Assembly: GCA_028534125.1 (NCBI GenBank)
Contig: CM052850.1
Span: forward strand, 5,952,001-6,016,000
DNA length: 64,000 nt
Reading direction: 5' to 3'
DNA from: Lama glama
Taxonomy: Eukaryota
Shown here piece after piece: positions 39,560-54,300 of the stretch. The notes beneath the pieces were generated by a model. That model made no database searches. It was given only the letters and a program-made list of their open reading frames with translations, and had not been told where the DNA came from. Every line of letters begins with the position of its first letter. Position 1 is the first letter of the stretch. The position numbers were made by a program, and so were the translations under genes.

Positions 39560-40586
39560 TAATTTCATGGCTGGTTGTCATATATAATGGGACGCGCCAG
39601 TGCCCTTTCCCAGGTGGGCAAGAAGAGCATACACTTTCTCCTGAGATGATGGGAACTGTTTTCTAATATAGGAAATCAGAAGAACAAGTGTAAATTTGAT
39701 CCCTCTCTGCTCCCACTTTGCACTGGAAGCAGAGATACTTTTACATCCAGTGGAAGAGTGGGTCAGAGCCTTTTCCACATATAATGAGCAATCCTCAGGG
39801 AAGTAAGGAGATAGCAAGAAAGATCTACATGTGTGTATGACGTTTTTGCATACAGTATGTTGGCACAGGCAATTTAATTTTCCATTGAAGTGGAGGGGAC
39901 AGGGGTATCTGTTCTTTCCTATGACTCCTGAGACTTTGGCCTGGGGTGGTCTAGCTATGTGGTCTTGCCTGTGCGTCTGTGGTCTTTACAAGGGATGTAC
40001 TTCCTCAAAGAAAAGGAAGGAATACATTCAGACCGTTTGACCTCAGACGCTTGTATCTGTGAGATACGGGGTGGAAGTGACTTGGACCTAATCTGGGTGA
40101 ACAAGACCAGGGTCATCAACTGTAATTTTCATTTAGCCTGTCTTTCTCTTATACTTCTGTAAATAACAACTATCTGTAGATAGAACCCCAAGACAATGAT
40201 CCTTCAAGGAACTGGCCAATTGTCTTTGAAGAAGACATTTTTGAAACTGAATGTTGATTAAGATATGTGGACTCTCAGTGGGGCTTGGAAAGAGTGAAGT
40301 CACATCGCAGAGATCCTGTCATCTAGAAAAGGTCCTGCTAAGCCTGAGCACTTCCTAGTAAGACTTAAAGTCTGGAAATTTGTTGAGAATTAGGGGATGT
40401 GCCTTCGATATCTCATATTCGCTACGGCACCTGGCGTAGTGCTAAGGCCACCAAGTAGCCACATGTTTATAAACTCAAACGCATTCAGGGAGCAGGCAGA
40501 TGGCACAAATATGTGACATAGCCAGAAGTCAGACAATAGGGAACGGTGCAGACTGTGGTGAAAGAGAGGGGGCATGTTCAGCTTGA

Positions 40587-41102
<516 letters not shown>

Positions 41103-41219
41103 TGAAGGCGGGTTCCTTAGTGTGGGGACAGGCGGGGCCCTTAACGTCCCCCACGCCCCACTCTCAGGCATGGCTAGAGAGGGGCTGTGTTCGGGCACAG
41201 TCTTTCTGGAGGCCTGCTG

Positions 41220-41770
41220 AGTGTTACTTAACCAAAAAATTTGAACACCTACACAAACCTTTTGACCAAGTAATTTCATCAATGAGGATTTATCCTCAGT
41301 AAGTCGTTGGGCAAGTGCGCAAAGATGTGTGTAAAAGGCTGTTCATCGGGATGTTGTTTAAAAGGGCGAAAAATTAGAAATTGCTTCGATGTCCATCAGC
41401 AGGGAATCGCTTAACTACCTGCACATCTGTCTCCTGTCCAGGGGCTTACCGTGCGATCATTTAAGATGATAATATAGATCTAGGCTTGTTAATATGGAAA
41501 ATTGCCCACCCGTCTACTAAGTGGGGGAAAAATGAGGTGTTAAAACAGAAGGTGCAGCAGAATGCCATTTTTAAGGGGAAATTATTTAAAAAAAAAGAAA
41601 AAGAAAAAACCTTTACCTGTTCCTGTATCAGAAAAAAGGTGGAGAGTATATTCATCAAATGTTAACTGAGTTTTTCTCCGATTAGAGGACATTGGGGTTG
41701 TTCCTTTTAAACATTTTGGGTATTTTGTTTATTCTTTTCTGTCTTTTTCACTTTGAATATACATGAATCC
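41220..41770 (+). mobile_element. Ancient L1ME-like fragment in intron 4
   Basis: CCTTTTGACCAAGTAATTTCA...GGATTTATCCT...CAAAGATGTGTGTAAAAGG.TGTTCAT...ATGTCCATCAGCAGGGAA resembles a decayed L1 ORF2 end and 3' UTR. Confidence 0.6.
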
Positions 41771-42130
41771 TAGAACGAGAAAAAATATTATATAGATATC
41801 AAGACATATAGACATATGCCCCTTAAGACATAATTCCAGTCTCATATTAACCAGAAAACTGACCTGTAATGAGGGGAGTTGCCCCTTCTTCCTTTTCCGC
41901 CTGCCATCCGCGAAGGTCCTGGCCGGCAGGTAGCCGCCAGGAGTGGCTGGCTCAGTAGGAGCGTGGGCTGGCCCCAGTGATGGCTGTCATATAAAGGTCT
42001 ACTTCTCCAATAAACCTGTATCTCAGGAAGCTCCCGTCCCTGTGGTCACCCCTCCCAGAATGTCAGTCAACCTGCTCTCGTTTTCCTCTTGAACTTGCCG
42101 AACGATTCGGTGTCATGAAGACAAAACTGA

Positions 42131-42583
<453 letters not shown>

Positions 42584-42999
42584 TAGACACAGGAAATAAA
42601 GTTGATGAAGTGTGTCACATGAGAAAAAATGGACAGTAGACGTACCCTTGCTTGCCCAGCCACACTGGCCCTGGGACTGGGTAAGGCAGGGATCCAGGTG
42701 GGGATAGGATACTTACGGAACCACCTACGGCCTGAAAAACGTGTAATGGTTTTTGACCTTTAATCCAGTACAATCACAGGACCCCCAGCCTCCAAGTCCC
42801 CTCTCCTCCTCTGGCCGGACCCAGGCTGCTTCATTCTCCTCGGCATTGATAGAGCTGTCCTTTCACGGAGCCACAGTCTGTGCCACTCCGCTTCGATGTT
42901 CAGTGGCTTCAGGTGTGGCTGCCACTGCCTGTGACTGGTGGTCTCACCACCTCAGTCCCACAGACCGAGGGAGGTCTGTGCTCAGGCACCAATCAGCTT

Positions 43000-43110
43000 C
43001 CCCATTTACTTGCTGTGTGATATTGGATAAAGACAACAACTTCTCTGAACCTCGTTTCCTCACATATTAAAGGGGTTAATGATATATCACGCGTAGGGCT
43101 AAATTGTATC
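43000..43110 (+). mobile_element. MIR core fragment
   Basis: CCATTTACTTGCTGTGTGATATTGGATAAAG...AACTTCTCTGAACCTCGTTTCCTCA. Confidence 0.6.
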
Positions 43111-43769
43111 AAAATGTGCCTTTTTGGTAACCAGCAGAGCACTATGAAATCTCTATTGTTGTTGCTATTAGAATGCTCCACAGTGCAGCCTCGGGTTTCC
43201 ACAGCGCTTCATCTTGAAGAATGTTAGACAGGGGCCCCTTGAGACACAATGGAGGGTATCTGAGTGACATCGCCTTGTGCTATACTCAGTAACGTTTTCC
43301 CCGACCAGTAACCAACCCAATGCCCCCCACCAAAAGACACCTCCCTTTTGGCTCTCTCCTACCTCTGCCTGAGTTCCTGTCATACTGAGGAAGTCTTCCC
43401 AGAGACTGAAAGAAGCCCTGTGAGTTCCTCAGTCCCAGTTTCTGCAGGCTTTGTCGCTATCAGTACAATAGTTCTTCCCACCACTTTTCTCAAGAGACCA
43501 GTGAGGCCCTGGGTAGCCTAATGTGTGGCACCCCAGTGCCCTCGAGGTGAGGACGTGACCCTCTGGTCCTCATTACATATTTACATACCGCAGAGAGTCG
43601 ACCGAGACCCATCCAACCAAGGCCGCAGCAAAGCACGGTGGGTTCTGCTTTAATAAAATCCTGTTTCAGAAAATCTATAGTAATGAATTAGAATGCATTT
43701 CTTTGTAGCATGAAACTGTGCCTTTTAAATACCAAGCTCTCCTAGTGCATCAACTGTTTATTGCTATTA

Positions 43770-45300
43770 ACTAGACTGTAAGCTTCTTAGGGATGGGCAT
43801 GTCGAATTTATTTTTCCAAAGTGCCTAGTGAGGAATTCTGCCTATAACAGATGCTTTCAAGTGTTTGTTGAATTGAACTGGATACATCAATCAGTCCAGC
43901 AAGAAATTTTATAACCCACCTGCCATGGATCAGGCTTTGTGATCAGTGGTGGAAACAGGAAAACATGGCACAGTGATAAGGCTTAATTTAATAACAGAAA
44001 TAAAGTAAAATGAGTACTCAGAAGAGAGAACAGTTAATTCCATCTGGCAGCAACAGGAGGCAAAAAAAAGGAGAAAATAATTAGACTTGGGTTAGGTACA
44101 ATGTATAGAATTTCTTGAAAGAGGAAAATCCAGGGGAAGGGCATTTCAGTAGAGGAAAATAGCAGATACAAAGCCTTGAAGGCACAAAAGAACATGGTCT
44201 TTTCAAGCAAGTAAAAATAGTTCACTATGGCGGTGGTAATCTGGGGTATGACTATGTAGGCTCCCGGGGAACAGAGGCATGAGGCTGGCTGGGTAACAGG
44301 CTGGCTGCCAAAGGATCGTTCCTGCAGCCTGTTACTGAGCTTGCACTTGGTTCTGCAGGTCAGAGGGAACCACGGGGAAGTCTGGAGTCGGGGAGAGATG
44401 CTGGATGGTGGGTTGATGGTGCAGAGGGACCAGAGAGACAGTGCCTGTGAACAGTGGCAGCACTGAGTGAGAAGGGCTGCAACCGAGGGCTGGAGGGACA
44501 GCGAGGAAGGAGCGAGAAGCTGTTCTTGAAGGTTTCAGGCAGGTGTTTACAAGGAGATATTGTTTGCGCTGAGACTCGAAGAGGCGGTGTCCACCAGGCT
44601 GACAAGGTGACAAAACAGCCTTCTGCGGAGGAGGAAGTAATACGTGCAAAGTCACAGAGACAGAAATGATGCTAGTCTTGTCAGAGAGCAGTAAATAGTT
44701 TGCTGGGATCAGGCTCCTGGGGCAGGTTTGTGGTTTGCTTAGGAAGTAAGGCTGGAGGATCGGGAGAAAGTACATGGCCTTGACTGAAGGACTTGGACCT
44801 GCCCTTCAGTTGGAGTCACTGAAGCCTTTTAAAGCACGAAGTCCTGCTCTGCTCTGCTTTGTGAATGAGTGGAGGCTATGTGAGGGCAGGGGGACGCCGA
44901 GGCAGGGAGGCTGGGTGGGTGGTTCTTGTCATTGCTCCGCTGTAAGATGAGAGGCACGGGTAGGGATGGAGAGAACAGGGGCAAGAGAAATTTTGGACAC
45001 AAAAATGGAAAAAAGGATTTAATGGCGTTAGTGGTGGGGAGGGTGTCGCTTACGAAAGAGAGGGAAGGGTCAGCCGTGCTAGAGTTCTGAAACCAAGTAG
45101 ATGGCAGTGCCGTTTGCTGGGCAGTGGAAATAGGAGGGAGCAGGGCTGGAAGGAAGGAGGAGAGGCCAGTTGTGGATACTGCGTTTGAGTGTCTGGGGGC
45201 CATTCTGGTGGTAGGTCTGCTGCCCAGGCCCGGTCTGGGCTGGAGGTCGAAATTTGTAAGTAAGGACACGAACATGTATAGAAGATCTCCAGGTAGCCAG
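43770..45300. mobile_element. L2 fragments (sense tail at 43770-43880, then antisense pieces)
   Basis: TAGACTGTAAGCTTCTTAGGGATGGG...GTGTTTGTTGAATTGAA, followed by purine-rich antisense L2-like blocks (GAGGAAAATAGCAGATACAAAGCCTTGAAGG; TTTGAGTGTCTG...GGTCTGGGCTGGAGGT). Confidence 0.5.
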
Positions 45301-46027
45301 GGACAGAGGTCCAGAGGCTGCCGGCCACCCTGGAATCACTCCCTCCCAGCTGTCGCCAACACACCCACACAGGGAACCTGCTCCCCAAAGGGCGCTGCAG
45401 CCCGAGGCCGGACCTTTCCCTGTGCACCTGAAAACCCGGTTCCAAAGACTCCCCCCGGCCCAGAGCCTGAACAGGGCATCGCCGCGGGCTGTAGCCTCAC
45501 CGGACCATGTTTCGGTTCCGGCATCCCTCCTTAGTAGCTGCTTGACTCTGGACACACATTGTGGCCTCCCAAACGCACTCTTCCCGCCTGGCAGCCGCCG
45601 CATCAGATCATGTCATCGCTAAGTGACATAAGCTGCGTAAAATCCTGCGTGCTGGTGCCTGACATAATTATGCTTCATAAGTGTTCAGTATCACTATGAG
45701 GTTAATCTTTTTGAGACGTCTTTTCCTTATCTGTAAAGTGGGTACCCACTGCGCTGACTCATACACCTAATGTAAGGAAGCAGATATTTAAAAGGATGTC
45801 TGTAAAACACTTAGCGTATTGTCGGCTGTAAGAGATGCCTTTCAGTGCTATCGGTAATAAATGTTCACGCAGACAGTGCAAAAACTCCAAAGGACACACA
45901 CATTTTGTTGGCAGCTTGCCTTACTTTCTTACTTTCCCACATCAGTTCTGTCTCTGCATTAAAGGTCCCTCTTGTTACTACCGTTTTATTCTCTCCACCA
46001 AAACCAAACAAAAGACACAGCCTACAG

Positions 46028-46180
46028 AGGGAAGGGGTAGCTCAAGTGGTAGAGTGCATGCTCAGCATGCACGAGGTCCTGGGTTCAGTCCCCAGTTCTG
46101 CCATTAAATAAATAAATGTATCTAATTACCTTCCCCCACCAAAAAAAAAAAACAAAACAAAACATAACAAAACCAAAAAA
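46028..46180 (+). mobile_element. tRNA-Ala-derived SINE (camelid Vic-1-like)
   Basis: GGGGTAGCTCAAGTGGTAGAGTGCATGCTCAGCATGCACGAGGTCCTGGGTTCAGTCCCCAG, same tail as the 26.6 kb copy, A-rich end, imperfect flanking repeat aaagacacagcc / aaacccacagcc. Confidence 0.85.
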
Positions 46181-46916
46181 ACCCACAGCCCCAAAACCTC
46201 CCTTCTTAGCCCTGTCCCTATGTACCCGGGAGTGTTTCTTACCCCACAGCTTTGGTATTTTCTTAAGCTTCCATTTACAACTGGACTCCAACGACCGCAG
46301 ACCCATGGAGAGCCTTCTGGCGTGACAACTTCCTTTATTCATACAGGGCAGACTTCCTTCGTTTTCCTCCTTCGAGGCCCTACAGAGTGAGAGTCTCCTG
46401 TGGGACTCCCACCCACAGAGTAGGTGTGAGCTCTTCAAGCTCAAAAGTGTCTCCTAATGGGTATTTTGAGCCCTGAAGCCGAGGAGTTGGTTTGGTGAGA
46501 GCGCCCTCTTTGGAAAGCCATGGGAAGTGCAGGGGGTTCCAGCACAGGGTGAAAGCGTTGGGTCACCTTTGGGCAAGAGGTTGGAGCCCTGCCAGGCGAA
46601 TAGAGGCGGACAGTGCCCTCCTTTATGATTTCTCTTGTGAACCTGGCCCAGAAGGCATGCAGAGGACTTGTGCGAACTGACTGCTGTTGCCCCTGAGGAC
46701 CACCAGCGGGCCAAGTCCCCTCTGAGTCCAGGCGGTGGATGACATGGTGTTCCATGAGGGTGAAGTTCACTGAACTCATGCGCTGGGCACATTTCCCACC
46801 TGGACTGGGTTTTCCAGCTGCCTCCCCTGATTGCCAGGTTGGGCAGCAAAAGGTTGTTGATGCTTCACTGCCAAGATTTTTTACCGCCAAGTGTCTTGCT
46901 TTTGTCTTTGCTTCAG

Positions 46917-47066
46917 TGGGCTCTCCCCGAAGTCCCGTGAATAAGACCACCTTGACGCTGATCAGCATCACCAGCTGCGTGATCGGCCTTGTGTGTTCCT
47001 CTCACGTCAGCTGCCCTCTTGTTGTCAAAATCACCCTGCACGTCCCTGAGCACCTGATCGCTGATG
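46917..47066 (+). CDS. ASTN1: Astrotactin-1 exon 6 (TM2)
   Basis: Acceptor tttgcttcag|TG, donor GATG|gtgagc. 150 nt encoding (V)[49 protein letters not shown]. Confidence 0.96.
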
Positions 47067-47819
47067 GTGAGCCTACCCCTGAGGTTGCCACCTCCTCCCC
47101 CCTCTTCTTCCCCCTAGAGGAAGATTTCAGGGTGGGCAAGAAAGATGGAGACAAGCCAGGGGGCACTGTTACCCATGACTATAAGTGAGGAAAAAATTAT
47201 ACCCAGATAGGTAAAGCTTAGGACAAAATTAGATGAAATCAGACAACAGGTTAAAAAAATGAACAGATCACCTCCTCCTCTCTATGCCCATTTCCCATTT
47301 CTGTTCGTTTTAAATAAGCACCTGTCTTTGTAGATAAATACAGAGCAGACTGGATGTAGGTACGTAGACACCAGGATTCTCTTAGCCTTTAAGAGGGAAA
47401 AAGCTAAGTGGAGTTGTAGAGTGTTTAAGCATCAGCCATGTTTCTGTGTGAAATTCCTGATGAGAAATTTCTAATTGCAATAACTCACGAGCCTAGAACC
47501 CTGAAGCAATCATTCACTTTCATCCAGGGGGACACCAATATAATGAGGGAGTGATATAGACTTTGAGAGCCCCTGAATTAGTTAAGCCCAGAGCACCTAA
47601 TTGACTTGTTAATGTCTGCTCTCTCGGTTGCTGTAAGGCTGGAAACAGGTGGGGACTGTCCGCGGTGGTAGAGGGCCTGCTATTTCACGGCAAGTGAAGA
47701 CAGGCAGCGGGTCTCTGCTCCTTGGATGAGTGCCAGTGCCTGTGGCTGGGTCTGATGAAGCCGTGCCACGGCCATCACGGAGCTGCCCTGACTCTGTGCC
47801 CTGGGGTCCACCCCAGTAG

Positions 47820-48512
<693 letters not shown>

Positions 48513-48519
48513 TGACTTT

Positions 48520-48990
48520 TTATGCATGTTTGTAAAATTTGGATAATTTAGAAAAGCTTATAGAAGAAAATTACAATCATCCGTAATTCTATTTCCTGAA
48601 GAAATCATTTAAAGAATTTTAATATCCTCCCTTCCAATTTTTTATATATACTTGATTTTTAGAGGCTTGTAAACACACAAAGTCCAATAGAGTTTTCTTG
48701 ATTTTTTTTCATTTTACCTTCTATCACGAGAGTTTTCCAGAACCACTAAATAATCCTCAGTAACATAATTTTAATGGCCATTTGGTCTTCCATTGTACGT
48801 CTATATCATAGCTCATTTAAATAGTCCCCTATTATTTGACATTTAGAATGCTTTAAACCTTTAATTTTACAAATACTACTAAAATGAATATCTTTCTACA
48901 TAAATGTAGGGCACATTTGAAGTTATTGTCTTCAGATAAATCTTAGAAGAGAGATTACTGGGCCAAAGGGTAGAGACATCTTTCAGGCTA
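48520..48990 (-). mobile_element. Ancient L1ME-like fragment, antisense
   Basis: AT-rich, with TTTAATGGC...TTCCATTGTA...CATTTAAATAGTCCCCTATT...GACATTTAG...GATTACTGGGCCAAAGGGTA. Confidence 0.55.
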
Positions 48991-49340
48991 TTATATTATC
49001 ACATGGGGCCAGAGCTACTCTGAGAGAGGGTTTGAATTCAGACACGGCATGCATTGGGGCACTCACCGTGCTTCTCAAGCCCCAAGATACCCAGGACTAC
49101 AGGTCCTTCATGCCAGGTTGCTTCGCACTTCCGCTGTAGAAGGGGTTCATCTATGGGAGTCTTTATAAAGACCTATTTCCAGTAGATTCAGTACCACAGA
49201 TAGCTCCTTCCCAGAGAGGTGGTACGATGCCTTAGAACCAAGGAAGGGGATGCACTGATACCTAAGACCCTCAAGTGAAATGTTGGAGTCTGGGGCCAAC
49301 TCCTCCAGCAATCTGTACCTCACGTACCACCCCTCCTCCA

Positions 49341-49341
<1 letters not shown>

Positions 49342-49372
<31 letters not shown>
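49342..49372. repeat. (CA)15 microsatellite
   Basis: Read directly. Confidence 0.95.
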
Positions 49373-49374
<2 letters not shown>

Positions 49375-50891
49375 ACAGATGCATCTACAGGTGCTGGGGT
49401 GGAAGGATATTGGTAGAAGTTGATTCCAAGAGATCTAGCTCTTACTTCTGTTCTAATCCATTACTGTATCTCTCTGGGGGAATAACAGGTGACTGTAACA
49501 TCTAAAGTTCACCTTCACAGGTCTAAAAGTTGTTTTTACGTGGGCCCATCGCAGAGATTCTAGGCCCCCATATGGAGGAGAAAGTACAGCATTTTAAACA
49601 TCTGATATCTAAGGCTGTGCTTACTTGCTGCTCCTCCCACGCTGTCAGGCAAACACCAAACCAGACAGATGGGCTGTGCACCATGCCCAAAAGCCGGTGT
49701 GCTTAGGAGGGAGAAAAACCAGCTCATCTCAGAGGTGGGGCCTTTCCGTGCAGCTGAGCTAGTCTCTGGTCCCCTCTCTGACCTGGATTAGGAGACCCTG
49801 GACAATCTCAGTAGTTAAACTCACTTCTGAGAGAAGCTTGATCTCCAGAGGGCCACGGAAGCTTCACCTGAGATTTTAAGGAATGGGAAGCACTTTTAAT
49901 TACATGTGGAAAGAAAGGATCGGTGTTTTAAGCTTGGAGGGTCTTAGACATAAACTCCTCCTTACTTGAGATCAATGCTCAAGTTTCCCAAGAAGTTACA
50001 TGACTTGCCTGAAGTCCCACAGCTACCTAAGGCAGAGTCGGTGCTCTGTCCACCATGGAATCAGAGCAGAGGTGGTTCATTTCCCCAGGCAGTTCAGATC
50101 CAGCGTATTTGCAGCTCTAACACTATTCAGGCAACCACCGTTGCTGAGCATCACTGCTTCCCGAGTCAGAAGCTGAGGAAGCTGCTTGTCCACAGCAGAG
50201 CTCTCATCACCTCTTTAATCCCTCCCAGATGTCTCATTTCTAACCCTTGCTGAAAATGACTTTGGGAAGCCCCTCCCCTGCACGTGGCTTCTCAGTATCT
50301 GTGACAATTAATGAATATCCAACTGGAAAGCCAGGGAGGAAGATTAAAAATAAAAACCCACAACAGAACTAAGGTGCAACATCTTCATTTGGGGAAGCCG
50401 CTGAGAAATGATGCTGCAGAAACTTCCATCTTCATTAATGCTGGAATTGGGAACCCTCCCCCTTGCCGCCCTGCTTCTTTCTGCACATGGGATGATGTGG
50501 TCATCCCACACGCTCATCAGTAGAGAAACTTTATCGCCTCCCACACTCCATCCTAGAGCCTTTCTCCAAAGAGCTGAGTGTGGGAATTGGCTGCAAGTCA
50601 AGTCAACGTTATTTTTGCAATCCTCCAGCTAACTCACTTGGAAATGTCATAGTGTTGGGACATGTGCTTTCCCAGCCACGCCGAGGGGTCTGCCCATATG
50701 GCTGGGTGGAACCGTGCAAGTGCACGTGTGTACTTTTTCACACATACAAACAAACACACAAACAACAGGCCCTTGGTCTCTGCAAAGGAACAACCTCTGG
50801 TGTCTGAAAGTCTCCTCGGGCATCCTTCCACCGTGTTCCAAACTCAAATGTGTGTTTACTCATCACCTGCCCAGCGGTCCGGAACACCAGG

Positions 50892-51371
50892 TGTGGTAGG
50901 CAGAGTCATGGGCCCTCAGAGATGTTCACGTCCTAATCCCAGAACCCGTGAAAATGTTTCGTTACCTGGCAAAGATGAATTCAAGCTGCAGATGGAATTA
51001 AGGTTGCTAAACAACTGATCTTAAAATGAAGGGAGTATCCTGGATTAACCGGGTGGGCCCAATGTAATCAGCAGTGTGCTTAACAGTGGAAGAGGCAGGC
51101 AGAAGAGGCCAGAGTGATATGACACGAAAAGAACTCCACCAGCCATTGCTGGCTTTTCAAGGTGGAGGAAGGAGGCATGAACCAATGAATGTGTGTCCTC
51201 TAGAAAGTGGAAAAGGCAAGGGGACAGATTCTTCCCACAAGCCTCCAGATAGGAAGCCCTTGTTTTCAGCCTCAGATTTCTGACCTGCAGAATTGCAAGA
51301 TAATAAATATATGTTGTTTTAAGCCACTGAGCTTGTGGTAATGTTTTATGGCAGCTATAGAAACGAATGCG
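50892..51371 (+). mobile_element. MLT1 (MaLR, MLT1D-like) solo LTR with 5-bp TSD
   Basis: Starts TGTGGTAGGCAGA, contains ATCCTGGATTAACCGGGTGGGCCCAATGTAATC and GATAATAAAT...TTTTAAGCCACT...GTGGTAAT...GGCAGC. Flanked by CCAGG at 50887-50891 and 51372-51376. Confidence 0.88.
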
Positions 51372-54300
51372 CCAGGGAAGGACAGAAAGGGCAGGAGAGG
51401 CAGCAGCGCTGTCACGGCACTCTTTACATCACCCCAGCACAGTTTCCAGAGGGTGACTGTGCAGACCTTCTGAAGTGTCAGGTGTCTAGAGAAGGACCGG
51501 AGCTGAAAGAAACTTGTCATCCTTTTCCATTCCAGCCTCCCTTTTGCATTCTTGCAAGATGCTAGCTGGGAGGAACGTAATGTACCTAAAACTTGTAGCC
51601 CGACGCCTGGAAGCCCTTTGCCAACTGCATCCTGACATCCTCTCCCAGATCTTCCCGAGTTCGTTAACGGTAGATGCAACTTTGGTCAAGTCGGGCTAAC
51701 AGCAAACCACTAAAATTGTCTGGCTTGATGGCCAGCTGGATCCAGGCAGAGATGGACTTTTCCTGTACTTTCTAAGGGTTTTTGTTGCAAGCGTATGTTT
51801 GTTTATTTGTTTTCTGACGGAAACACAGAATAACGGGCTTCAGCAGCTTCTCTCTCTGCTCCATTCCTGGCCTTTGTTCTGCCATAAGGGCATCTGTGGA
51901 GGCTCCACACACCTGCTTGACTTCACAGCCCCCATCAATTTGGGCCCAGACCCTCACTGCCCTTTTCAAGATATGTGGCTTTCATGGGTCTGCAAGGAGC
52001 GTGGGCTTCCAAGCTAAACCGGGTTTTAATCACCATCCAAGATGTTCACTGAAATTCCTCCTGCCCTAGATCTTTCCACAGGCTAGCCCCAAACGTGTAG
52101 AGGTGTGTAAAATCTGGTGAGGGGCATTGGACCAGTTTACCAGACTCACTCCTGTCCTCTCCCCCTTCCTTTGCTCTGCACTACGCCTTTGTCTCTCTCT
52201 AGTCTTCCCTGGTTTTTAGAACCCAATTTGACACGGTAACACAGCTCCCATTTTGTTCCTGCTACCTGGATCGCCTACGCATCCCAAATTCCTTTTTGTG
52301 GCTCAGTTAAAGCACTTTCCTTCAGGATGTATTTTTGGCCTATTTCCTTTCCTTCTGTCCTCCCAGAGTCATGGCCACATGACTGGGGCTGTTTGACTCT
52401 GAGCCTGCCTCTTGCCTGATGTCTGGACAGGAGAGGAGACCAGGCAATTAGACAGTATTCCAGCCCAGATGTCTTAGAAAGATGTCCCCTTTTAGATTCC
52501 CAATCCCTTTCAATAAAAGCCCACGGCAACCAGAAGGATGGAGGTGATCAGAATTTTTGGCCTTTATCTGTGTTGACTTCATGGAGAACTCATAGTGAGC
52601 CCAGCCATGTCTGAGGAGCCCTCGCTGCAAGGTCTTTCTTTGATCCTTCCAGGAGATTTGTGCCTCCGTCCATCTGTGAAATGGGAAATGACTGAAGGCA
52701 CCGTCCACCATGGAAGGTACCTCGAGGTGTCTGCCTTCAGGGTACCAAGCACAGATCGAGCACGGGTCTTCTCTAGGGTGGACTTCCACTCCCTGGCAGT
52801 GTGGTGGCCTGTGAGTGCCCCCTGCAGGGCACACGCTGTCCCTGTTGGGCACTTCTCCGTGGCCGTGACATGTCTCTCCATTGGACTCCTGTGAACACCG
52901 CCGCAGAGCCGGCACGTCATGTGTTCCCTGCCATCTGTCACAGCAGATGCAGACGCTGTAGCGCTTGTAGCTTAGGAGGGCATCCAACACCCTTGTGGGG
53001 TCTTTAAAATTCACAGCTAACAGTCAGAGCTGGTGCTTGCATGAAACCCCTCTTAAAGTCAAGATTTAGCAGTTGGTTGCCATAGCAACTTTCCTCATCA
53101 AGTCTGAGCTCCGTTCAACATAGATGGTCAAACCGGCTTTGAGGAGGAATACAGAAGAGGGAAGTTTGATGAGTCCCGGAAATGAGGATGATTTGAGAGG
53201 CCAGTTCTGGAAGTCCTCAGACTCTAACCTGATATGTTTGAAAATGTCCCTGTTTCTCTGACTCTGGGCTGCATATAACATGAGCTGCAGAATAGCTTTA
53301 TTTGTTGTCAGCAGTGTGTCCCCACATAGTAAGAATGATGAAAACCTCATAAGGAGACAATGACCATATAAGCAATTTGAGAAAGTCAAATATGCTCTAC
53401 AAATGGTAGGTGTTGCCATCATTAGGAAAGCCAAGCTCTGCTTGAACTCATAAGTCGTTACCACATTTATTTCTTCATGTTTTGTCGTAACAAGATATCA
53501 AATATGGAAGGAGGGCTTCCTTCTTTATCAATCTTTAATTCTAGGCAAGGCATCCAGCCAAGAACATTCTAAGAGTCAGGGTGATGGGTTTGATAGCCTC
53601 TTGAGGTTACTTCCTGTTTTGTCATACTAACCCCAGGCCTGAAGTCCACAAAGAGATTGAAAGATGTTCTTGAGGAAAGCTCATAATTGGCTTGATACTG
53701 GCGTCTTGAGGAGACGCAGTGGCAGTGGTATCTATATATTTAGGGCACACTCTTTAATTCATTGATTTATTTTCCATTACAGAGTGTTTACAAAAGATCT
53801 ACTCACACAAGGGTAAACTAACTCGTTGCTGCCCTGTGTGGCTTATAGACCAGAGCCCACACTTTCTTTGGGATTGGCGAGGTATGATGCCCGGCTCATG
53901 GTACCTGTCTTCTTTTGCCCTTCTCTGGTACCTGGCCCCGTTATCTTTCCTTCTATCAGAGAAACAGCCTTCACATGATAGTCTTATCATCCCCTACCAA
54001 ATTTTAGGCTGTGTTTTCCTATGTTCGACTCCCGGCTCCCTAACCATTCCTAGGTACAGCGCAGCACCACCGAAGCCAGGAAATCGAGCCTATGGTGAAC
54101 CTAGCCCCTGTGGAAGCCTGACTCTGTCACACAGGGGACAGCTGATCCAGCACCCCCTGTGGCTCCCCCACAAACTAAGAAGTTCCTCATGTTCACGCCA
54201 CTCCTCAGCACCTTGAGCTGAGCAGGGGTGGGAGAGGGAAACGCGCATTACCTGGTAGGAGACCCTACAGGGCAGAAGCCCGTACGTCAGCCTTGACAAG

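Noticed and set aside
44332-45622. Cluster of overlapping 130-170 aa ORFs on both strands
   Set aside because: GC-rich sequence and decayed L2 with few stop codons. No splice or homology support.
46028-46103. Possible functional tRNA-Ala gene
   Set aside because: Mutated anticodon loop and T-arm, no oligo-T terminator, and a SINE tail with flanking repeat shared with the 26.6 kb copy.
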